Shown here one piece after another: positions 37,550 to 44,277 of a stretch of 64,000 bases of DNA. The notes below the pieces were generated by a model. It saw only the letters and a program-made list of their open reading frames with translations. It was not told the origin of the DNA and did not search any database. The stretch's first letter is position 1. Each line of letters starts with the position of its first letter. The position numbers were made by a program, and so were the translations under genes. The stretch is from an uncultured bacterium (GTDB lineage: Bacteria; Zhuqueibacterota; QNDG01; CAYUAG01), in NCBI GenBank assembly GCA_964442615.1, contig CAYUAG010000002.1:10702-74701 (forward strand). Direction: 5' to 3'.

Positions 37550-38587
37550 TTATCTCTTCCGATTAACCTTTCTGCGATATTGATCAAATTTCCTTTTTGC
37601 TCTGTTATGTTCGATGAGTGATTCTGAAAAACTATGGGTCCCATCACCATTTGCTACCATAAATAAATAATTTACTTTTGCAGGATATAATATTGAACAT
37701 ATTGATGATATACCAGGATTATTCACAGGCCCTGGAGGTAATCCTTTATAAATATAAGTGTTATAGGGAGAATCAATCTCAAGATCCTTATCCAACAACC
37801 TTCTGGGACCATCATTAATAATATACTGAATAGTTGGATCTGCTTGAAGTCTCATTCCTTTCTTAAGTCTATTAAGGTAGAGAGCTGCAATTATAGGCCT
37901 CTCTTCTTTCACCATTGCTTCTCCCTGAACAATAGAGGCAAGAGTAACTACCTCATGTTCAGTCAAATCCATCTCTTCTGCCTTTTGATGTAATGAATCA
38001 TTAAACTCATTCTTAAAATGGTATACAAGATAAGTTATTACTTTATCAGCAGAAATACCCTCATATAATCTGTAGGTATTTGGATATAGATAACCTTCAA
38101 GTGAACTGGTTTCTATTCCAAGGGAATCACAAAATTTCGGATCATAAACTAACTGCATAAAACGGGAGGAATCAACCGCAACAGTTGTCTTTAGTATTCT
38201 TGCTATTCTCTCTGCGGGTAATCCTTCAGGTATGGTAACTTTTATTGTACTGATATCACCTTCATATAATTTTTTCAACACAAAATAGTTTGACATTCTT
38301 CCTGAGAAACAATAGTTACCAGCCTGCAATTTTCTTGAAACACCAAGTAACTTCGCTCCTAAAATAAAAAAATGACGATTTGGAAGAACACCCGTATCTT
38401 TAAGTAAATAGGCAATCTCATGAGGTGTCATACCTCTATCTATGGTCACGTTAACTTGTTGTAAGGAATCCGTCATCCTCCAAGGTAGGAATAATACTAA
38501 GCAATAAAAAACTATTAATATAAAACCACCAAAAAATAGGAGTGTTCGAAATATCTCTTTAGGATTAAATATAGATGATTTACTAAT
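37550..38587 (-). CDS. mltG: Endolytic murein transglycosylase MltG (YceG-like); start uncertain, probably non-canonical
   Basis: YceG motifs are present (TIPEG, ASIVQGE, DPTIQY, YNTY). The ORF-track start (ATG 38476) omits an in-frame upstream TM helix (FRTLLFFGGFILIVFYCLVLFLPW). No ATG/GTG/TTG lies between that helix and the in-frame TAA. An ATT at 38585-38587 sits 7 nt after an AAGGAG. Confidence 0.75.
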   Translation of the reverse strand: MSKSSIFNPKEIFRTLLFFGGFILIVFYCLVLFLPWRMTDSLQQVNVTIDRGMTPHEIAYLLKDTGVLPNRHFFILGAKLLGVSRKLQAGNYCFSGRMSNYFVLKKLYEGDISTIKVTIPEGLPAERIARILKTTVAVDSSRFMQLVYDPKFCDSLGIETSSLEGYLYPNTYRLYEGISADKVITYLVYHFKNEFNDSLHQKAEEMDLTEHEVVTLASIVQGEAMVKEERPIIAALYLNRLKKGMRLQADPTIQYIINDGPRRLLDKDLEIDSPYNTYIYKGLPPGPVNNPGISSICSILYPAKVNYLFMVANGDGTHSFSESLIEHNRAKRKFDQYRRKVNRKR

Positions 38588-38715
38588 AAATTTTCTCCTT
38601 TATTAATTAATAATAATAATTTATTCTCTAACTAATATTAATATAAAAATTACCCGCATTCCATCAGATAAGAATTCAGTTAAGCTTATGTAATTTTACA
38701 AAATAAAAAATTTTG

Positions 38716-38790
38716 TCGGGGCGGAGAGATTTGAACTCTCGACCTCATCGTCCCGAACGATGCGCGCTAGCCGAACTGCGCTACGCCCCG
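38716..38790 (-). tRNA. tRNA-Pro (anticodon CGG)
   Basis: The cloverleaf was folded by hand: acceptor CGGGGCG/CGCCCCG, D stem GCGC/GCGC, anticodon stem CATCG/CGATG with loop TTCGGGA, and T arm GAGAG-TTCAAAT-CTCTC. No CCA is encoded. Confidence 0.95.
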
Positions 38791-39110
38791 TTTTAAAGAG
38801 CGGAGTAAATATAATAAAAACTCTTAAAACAAACAATCTTAAAAATCATTTTTTTTGGAGAAAAATCAGTATGTATTTGCAGGTTTCAACCGGAATTATT
38901 TATAATTTCCAAACGTGGAAATTTATTATTAAAGACAGAAAACTGATTTCTGAAAATATAAAAAAAAGGAAGTTATCAATAATCAATCCTTAATTTTGGT
39001 TTCAAACTAATAGAAACCATCTTCTGATGTTGACATGTTTAGGTAAAAAGTAAAAAATTACATAGCTCTTTACTAAAACTCCAGGGTATGATAAAAAAAT
39101 AAAAAAATAC

Positions 39111-39139
39111 TTGACAAGTAATCTTTTATTTCCTATATT
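39111..39139 (+). promoter_or_regulatory. Sigma-70-type promoter of the plus-strand sulfur/Fe-S cluster
   Basis: TTGACA (39111-16), a 17-nt spacer, then TATATT (39134-39). It lies about 80 nt upstream of the tusA-like ATG. Confidence 0.55.
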
Positions 39140-39161
39140 TCCTATAGTTTTTATAGGAAAT
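39128..39161 (+). promoter_or_regulatory. Candidate operator: ATTTCCTATA direct repeat plus perfect inverted repeat overlapping the -10
   Basis: ATTTCCTATA occurs at 39128-37 and 39137-46, and its exact reverse complement TATAGGAAAT is at 39152-61 (5-nt spacer GTTTT). An Rrf2 repressor gene is in the same cluster. Confidence 0.45.
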
Positions 39162-39215
39162 AAAATTAATACCAAAATAAATAGTACGAATATAAATATA
39201 AAAAAAGGTAAAAAA

Positions 39216-39437
39216 ATGAAAACAATAAAAGTTAACTGTATGAATGAAACCTGCCCTGTTCCTCTGGTTGAAACCAGAAAGGCAATAAATAATGCCTCCT
39301 CTGGGGATATAATAGAAATTATTGGAAATCACACATCTTCAAAAAAAGAAATCCCCATGGCAGTTGAGGCCCTGGGTCTGGAACTACTTTCTATACAAAA
39401 AGAAGGAAAAGGGTGGAAAATCAAAATAAAAAAATAG
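39216..39437 (+). CDS. TusA/SirA-like sulfur carrier protein
   Basis: 73 aa from the internal ATG (MKTIKVNCMNETCPVPLVETRKAI). It has the CPxP persulfide-carrier motif. The 35 codons upstream in the ORF track cover the promoter and are not coding. Confidence 0.85.
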   Translation: MKTIKVNCMNETCPVPLVETRKAINNASSGDIIEIIGNHTSSKKEIPMAVEALGLELLSIQKEGKGWKIKIKK

Positions 39438-39446
39438 GGGGAAAAA

Positions 39447-39866
39447 ATGGCTGGTAAAGCAACCTTGGTATTACACAGTGGTGATATAGATAAAATCTAC
39501 AGCGTACTTATTATAGGAAATGGTGCTCTGGCAATGGGTATGGAAGTTTCCATATTTTTTACATTCTGGGGTCTGCAAAGATTAAAGAAAAATGGACTTG
39601 ATAAAGGTCCTTTGTCGAAAATGAATTTTTTCGGTCTGGGAAAATGGTTGATTAAAAGAAAGATGAAAAAATCAGGAGTTCGCTCTCTGGAAGAGCTCCT
39701 TCAAAATTATGTTGAACTGGGAGGAAAAATCCTTGCTTGTGATATGACCATGGAGATTATGAGTATTGGAAAAGATGAACTCCGGGATGATCTTATTTCT
39801 GATTATTGCGCAGTAGGAACCTATATTAAAGAAGCACGTGATTCAGAATTAAACCTTTTTATTTAA
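39447..39866 (+). CDS. DsrE/DsrF-like (DsrE2/3-type) sulfur-relay protein
   Basis: 139 aa. ATLVLHSGDIDK...FFTFWGL...GGKILACDMTMEIMSI has the conserved Cys in the AC-x-MTM context typical of the DsrE-like family that pairs with TusA. Confidence 0.75.
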   Translation: MAGKATLVLHSGDIDKIYSVLIIGNGALAMGMEVSIFFTFWGLQRLKKNGLDKGPLSKMNFFGLGKWLIKRKMKKSGVRSLEELLQNYVELGGKILACDMTMEIMSIGKDELRDDLISDYCAVGTYIKEARDSELNLFI

Positions 39867-39877
39867 TGAGGTAGGGT

Positions 39878-41038
39878 ATGAATAAAAAAACTATTTATCT
39901 GGATAATTCTTCAGCAACAAGAATGGATGAAAAAGTTCTGGAAGCTATGAAACCTTATTTCTTTGATACCTATGCAGTTGCATCCTCAGAATTTGGATAT
40001 TCAATGGGTATTAAATCCCAGAAAGCTCTGCAAGAAGCAAGAAAAAAAATATCTAGTATTATATCAGCAGTTCCGGAAGAGTTTATTTTTACAGCAGGGG
40101 GCACTGAATCCAGTAATATTGCTTTAAAAAGCACTGCAAGAAATCCGCTTAATAAAAATAAAAATCACCTAATTACTACAAAAATAGAAGATTTTCCAGT
40201 TCTTAATAGTATAAAAAGCCTGGAGAAAGATGGTTTTAAAGTTACCTATTTGAATGTGGATGATAAAGGTTTCATAGATTTTAAAGAGCTGGAAAATGAA
40301 ATAAAAAATAATACATTATTGGTTTCCATTCAGCACGCTAATCAGGAAATCGGAACTGTACAAGATATTGAAAAAATCGGGAAAATTTGCAAATCCAAAG
40401 GAGTTCTTTTTCATACTGATGCTACTCATACCTTTACCCGTCTGCCTATAAATATAAATAAATATAATATTGATCTCCTGACCATATCGTCTCATACAAT
40501 CCATGGACCTAAAGGTGTTGGTGGATTATTTATCCGAAAAGAATCTCCAATAATCAAATGGATTGATGGCGGTTATCAGGAATTTAATAAAAGGGCCGGA
40601 ATAGAAAACATACCCGGTGCAGTTGGTTTTGCAAAAGCAGCAGAGTTGGTCACACCGGAAGAAAATAAAAAAATAATAAAATTGCGTGATCATCTAATAG
40701 ATAAAGTTCTCTCCGAAATTCCAGAGACAACGCTTAATGGTCATCGTACAAAACGACTACCTCAGAATGCCAACCTAACTTTTCACTTGGTTGAAGGAGA
40801 ATCCATAACTTTGCATATGGATATGAGGGGTTTTGCTATCTCAACTGGTTCTGCCTGTTTTAGCAATTCTCTGGAAGCAAGCCATGTAATTATGGGTATT
40901 GGTGGAGATCATGAAAGGGCACATGGATCAGTAAGATTTTCTTTCAGTCGTTATAATACTATGGATGATGTCAATAGGGTTGTAGAAGAAATAAAAGAGG
41001 TAGTAAAAAAACTGAGAGAGATTAGTCCTCTAAGTTAA
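39878..41038 (+). CDS. Class V aminotransferase-fold IscS/NifS homolog lacking the PLP-binding lysine
   Basis: 386 aa. It is colinear with IscS/NifS (IYLDNSSAT, TAGGTESSN, HANQEIGTVQDI, catalytic loop STGSACFS). The SxHK motif reads SSHTIHGPKGVGG, with codon ACA at 40496-98. The GGxQERGxRxGT motif is degenerate (GGYQEFNKRAGI). Confidence 0.85.
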   Translation: MNKKTIYLDNSSATRMDEKVLEAMKPYFFDTYAVASSEFGYSMGIKSQKALQEARKKISSIISAVPEEFIFTAGGTESSNIALKSTARNPLNKNKNHLITTKIEDFPVLNSIKSLEKDGFKVTYLNVDDKGFIDFKELENEIKNNTLLVSIQHANQEIGTVQDIEKIGKICKSKGVLFHTDATHTFTRLPININKYNIDLLTISSHTIHGPKGVGGLFIRKESPIIKWIDGGYQEFNKRAGIENIPGAVGFAKAAELVTPEENKKIIKLRDHLIDKVLSEIPETTLNGHRTKRLPQNANLTFHLVEGESITLHMDMRGFAISTGSACFSNSLEASHVIMGIGGDHERAHGSVRFSFSRYNTMDDVNRVVEEIKEVVKKLREISPLS

Positions 41039-41058
41039 GAATAAAAAGGAGATATGTT

Positions 41059-41709
41059 ATGGACTTTCCTTATAGTGAAAAAGTATTGAAACATTTTAAA
41101 AATCCCCAAAATGTGGGTGAAATAGATAATCCTGATGGTATAGCTATGGAAGGCAGTCCTGCCTGTGGAGATATGGTATCAGTTCAAATAAAGGTTAATG
41201 ACAAAAATAAAAAAATTGAAGATATAAAGTTTAAATCCTATGGATGTGCCTCAAATATTGCCACCGGATCAATAATAACAGAACTGGCTAAAGGAAAAAC
41301 TATTGAGGAAGCAAAAAAAATCACCTGGAAACAGGCTTCTAAAGCTTTAGGTGGACTTCCTCCTATAAAAGTTCATTGTTCTGTTTTAGCTGTAGACGGG
41401 CTAAGGGCTGTCATTAAAGATTATGAAGAACGGAATGGATTAATAAAAGAACAGGAACCAACAACAGTTGAAAGTATAAAAAAACGGCTGAAACATGTAA
41501 TGAATCCTATAACTGGCCTTGATATTGTGAAAGCAAATATTGTAAAAAGTATTGATCTTAACAATGGAGAAGTTAGTATAAATATTGATTTATCCCCTGA
41601 TCATCAATTTGCAAATAATATTAGAGAAGAGAAAAAAGAAAAGATTGAACCAATGTGGGATATAAAAAACATAAAAGTAAAATTCAATGAATATACTGAA
41701 AAAGCCTGA
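41059..41709 (+). CDS. IscU-type Fe-S scaffold fused to a C-terminal DUF59/FeS-assembly-P-like domain
   Basis: 216 aa. The three scaffold Cys contexts are PACGD, YGCASNIATGS and KVHCSVLA. The C-terminal ~85 aa (KKRLKHVMNPITGLDIVKANIVKSIDL..GEVSINIDL) fit the DUF59 pattern. Confidence 0.85.
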   Translation: MDFPYSEKVLKHFKNPQNVGEIDNPDGIAMEGSPACGDMVSVQIKVNDKNKKIEDIKFKSYGCASNIATGSIITELAKGKTIEEAKKITWKQASKALGGLPPIKVHCSVLAVDGLRAVIKDYEERNGLIKEQEPTTVESIKKRLKHVMNPITGLDIVKANIVKSIDLNNGEVSINIDLSPDHQFANNIREEKKEKIEPMWDIKNIKVKFNEYTEKA

Positions 41710-42616
41710 TGTAAAAATAAAATTACAAAACAAAATTAAAAAATTAAAAGAAGAAAAAAGAGCTATCATGTTGGTCCACAACTATCAAAGGCCTGAAATT
41801 CAAGAGATAGTAGACTATCTGGGTGATTCTTTAGGTCTTGCTCAACAAGCAGCAAAGATTAAGGCCGATACCATTGTTTTTTGTGGAGTAAAATTTATGG
41901 CTGAAACTGCAAAAATATTATCTCCCTTAAAAAAAATACTGCTTCCGGAAATCCATGCAGGCTGTCCCATGGCAAATATGGTCACAGGAAGGGACATCAT
42001 TGAATTAAAAAACAAACATCCGGAGGCAAAAGTTGTATCCTATGTGAATACAAATGCCGAGGTAAAAGCAGTTAGTGATGTCTGCTGTACCTCCTCCAAT
42101 GCAGTAAAAGTAGTGAAAAATATTGATGCTGATAAAATTATTTTTACTCCAGACAAAAATCTTGGTCACTGGGTTCAACGCTTTGTTGATAAAGAGATGA
42201 TAATCTGGGACGGTTATTGTTACCTACATTCCAGAATTACACCGGAAGAAGTTAAGTTAGCTAAAAATAATATACCAGGTGCTCCCCTCATAGTTCATCC
42301 AGAATGCAGGAAGGAGGTCATTGACCTAGCGGATAAAGTGGGATCAACCAGGGATATGGTTACATTTGCCAGAACATCAGATGCAAAACGTATTATTATC
42401 GGTACTGAAGCGGGACTGATAAATAGATTGACAAGAGAAAATCCAGATAAAAAACTTTTTGCTGCCAGAACTCCAAAAATCTGTCAAAACATGAAAAAAA
42501 CCACCCTAAAAAGCGTTTATAATTCTTTGAAAAAAAACCAGTATGAAATAAATCTTTCAAATGAGATAATACAGGCGGCAAATAAGGCACTTAAATTAAT
42601 GCTGGAATACAGTTAA
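41687..42616 (+). CDS. nadA: Quinolinate synthase ([4Fe-4S] enzyme)
   Basis: 309 aa. It has LVHNYQRPEIQ..VDYLGDSL, the cluster Cys contexts (HAGCPMA, GYCYLH, KICQNMK), and threefold internal repeat organisation. The start overlaps the scaffold gene by 23 nt. Confidence 0.95.
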   Translation: MNILKKPDVKIKLQNKIKKLKEEKRAIMLVHNYQRPEIQEIVDYLGDSLGLAQQAAKIKADTIVFCGVKFMAETAKILSPLKKILLPEIHAGCPMANMVTGRDIIELKNKHPEAKVVSYVNTNAEVKAVSDVCCTSSNAVKVVKNIDADKIIFTPDKNLGHWVQRFVDKEMIIWDGYCYLHSRITPEEVKLAKNNIPGAPLIVHPECRKEVIDLADKVGSTRDMVTFARTSDAKRIIIGTEAGLINRLTRENPDKKLFAARTPKICQNMKKTTLKSVYNSLKKNQYEINLSNEIIQAANKALKLMLEYS

Positions 42617-42648
42617 AAATAAAAAGAATAAAAAAAGTGAGGTATATT

Positions 42649-43104
42649 ATGATCCCTATAAAAACAGCAAAAATCCTATCCTGGTTATTATTATTACTTA
42701 TTATTACCAGTAGTTGCATAGTAGATCCAGAAAAAAACGATACCCAGGTTTTAAAAAACATTTCAGTCGAGGAAGCCTACCGACTTATTGAGGAGAATAA
42801 AGATAATCCTGACTTTACTATCATTGATCTGAGAACTGAATCCGAGTATAATCAAGGATATATTCTGAATGCAATCAATATTGATTATTATTCCCATGAT
42901 TTTTCCCAAACATTAAAAAGCCTTGATAAAAGCAAGACATATTTAATTTATTGTAGAAGCGGCAATCGAAGTGGTAACACCTTAGATAAAATGAAAAAAC
43001 TGGATTTTGAAATAGTGTATAATCTTGCCAAGGGAATAATCAAATGGATCGAAAAGGGGTATCCAATCGTTGAGGAGTGCCCTGTTTGCACCGTGGGAAA
43101 ATAG
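42649..43104 (+). CDS. Exported single-domain rhodanese (thiosulfate/persulfide sulfurtransferase-like)
   Basis: A signal peptide ends in ..IITSSC (possible lipobox). The active-site loop is YCRSGNRSG and the C-terminus carries a CPVC. I chose the ATG at 42649 (GAGG 7 nt upstream); the ORF track starts at the GTG at 42637. Confidence 0.85.
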   Translation: MIPIKTAKILSWLLLLLIITSSCIVDPEKNDTQVLKNISVEEAYRLIEENKDNPDFTIIDLRTESEYNQGYILNAINIDYYSHDFSQTLKSLDKSKTYLIYCRSGNRSGNTLDKMKKLDFEIVYNLAKGIIKWIEKGYPIVEECPVCTVGK

Positions 43105-43137
43105 TAGAAATATAATTAACTAAAAAAAGAGGATACC

Positions 43138-43581
43138 ATGTGGCAATTATCAACCAAAGGGAGATATGGAACCCGGTTAATGTTTCAACTGGCTTTAAAA
43201 TTTGGTAAAGGTCCTGTATTATTAAAGGATATTGCAGAAGCAGAGAATCTCACTTTAAAATATCTTGAACATATTGTACCTTTACTGAAATCAGCAAAAT
43301 TAATTATATCGGTAAGAGGACCTCATGGTGGTTATCAATTGACCACAGAACCGGATAAAATAAATTTAAAAGATATTTTAGAAGTTTTAGAAGGTGATAT
43401 AGCACCGGTAAATTGTATTATTTTGCCAACCTTGTGCAACAAAAGTTCATCCTGTGTTACCAGAGATGTGTGGTGTTTACTTGAGGATAAAATCATTGAT
43501 ACCTTAAAAAATATAACTCTGAAAGATATGATTGTAATGTATAAAAAAAAGCTTAAAAATCAATCAACATCAACATTTTGA
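43138..43581 (+). CDS. Rrf2-family transcriptional regulator with three-Cys cluster-ligand motif
   Basis: 147 aa. LSTKGRYGTRLMFQLA is the winged HTH. CNKSSSCVTRDVWC (C-x6-C-x6-C) sits where IscR/NsrR-type Fe-S ligands lie. Confidence 0.9.
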   Translation: MWQLSTKGRYGTRLMFQLALKFGKGPVLLKDIAEAENLTLKYLEHIVPLLKSAKLIISVRGPHGGYQLTTEPDKINLKDILEVLEGDIAPVNCIILPTLCNKSSSCVTRDVWCLLEDKIIDTLKNITLKDMIVMYKKKLKNQSTSTF

Positions 43582-43709
43582 TAAATATTAAAACAATACA
43601 ATATTTCTATTTATACTACAATCAAAAAGAAAGGAGGTAGAGATAACTAACAAACTGATCATAAAAAAAATATATATACCTTTTCAAATTTAACTTAAGG
43701 AGAATTATT

Positions 43710-44198
43710 ATGAAAACTAAAATATTTTTATTCATTTTCGTATTTTTTATTGCTCTTACCTTATTGTCTCAATCCTTACTGGCACAAAATAAATCATGCT
43801 GTAGTTCTGACCAGGACAAAACTGAAAAATCTTGCTGTGGAGACTGTCAAGAAGAAAAGGAAAAAAAAGTAGGTAAAGGTACACAGGAAAATTGTCCAGT
43901 CATGGGCAATAAGGTAAACAAAAAGTTTTACACTGATTATATGGGAAAGAGAGTTTATTTCTGTTGCTCCGGATGCATTGATACCTTCAAGAAAGATCCT
44001 GAAAAATATATGAAGAAGATGAAGGAAGCAGGTGTAAAGCTTGAATCTGTTCCCTGCCCGATTTCAGGTAATCCTTCCAATCATGAGATTTTTACGGAGC
44101 ATGAAGGAGAAAAAGTCTATTTTTGCTGTGAAGGATGCAAAGAAAAATTCGAAAAGGATCCAAAGAAGTATCTGAAACAGGAAGAGAAAAAGGAATAG
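43710..44198 (+). CDS. Exported Cys-rich protein with two YHS/TRASH-type metal-binding domains
   Basis: 162 aa with a signal peptide, then CCSSDQDKTEKSCCGDC. Two repeats follow: CPVMGNKV...YFCCSGCIDTFKKDPEKY and CPISGNPS...YFCCEGCKEKFEKDPKKY. Confidence 0.75.
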   Translation: MKTKIFLFIFVFFIALTLLSQSLLAQNKSCCSSDQDKTEKSCCGDCQEEKEKKVGKGTQENCPVMGNKVNKKFYTDYMGKRVYFCCSGCIDTFKKDPEKYMKKMKEAGVKLESVPCPISGNPSNHEIFTEHEGEKVYFCCEGCKEKFEKDPKKYLKQEEKKE

Positions 44199-44214
44199 TA
44201 AAGTCACAAATAAG

Positions 44215-44251
44215 CCAAGGGCTGTTGAAATGTTTTCACCTCAGCCCTTGG
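44215..44251. terminator. Hairpin between the convergent YHS gene and the ntrC-like gene (likely bidirectional terminator)
   Basis: ccaagggctg(44215-24) pairs perfectly (10 bp) with cagcccttgg(44242-51) around a 17-nt loop. Confidence 0.55.
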
Positions 44252-44277
44252 TGGATATATTTTAAATTATTCTATAT

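Noticed and set aside
38760-38993. A 77-aa plus-strand ORF (MRASRTALRPVLKSG...).
   Set aside because: Its 5' end is the antisense of tRNA-Pro (38716-38790). The rest is low-complexity AT-rich spacer with no RBS, so I treat it as spurious.
39111-39215. The N-terminal 35 codons of the ORF-track version of the tusA-like gene.
   Set aside because: This stretch contains the TTGACA-N17-TATATT promoter and the inverted repeat. The TusA homology starts at the internal Met (39216).
38716-44277. The plus-strand sulfur/Fe-S block as a classical tRNA-integrated genomic island.
   Set aside because: There is no integrase. I found no direct repeat of the tRNA-Pro 3' end at the far boundary (44199-44277). 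By eye the base composition is not different from the flanks. The tRNA adjacency is noted but island status is not supported.
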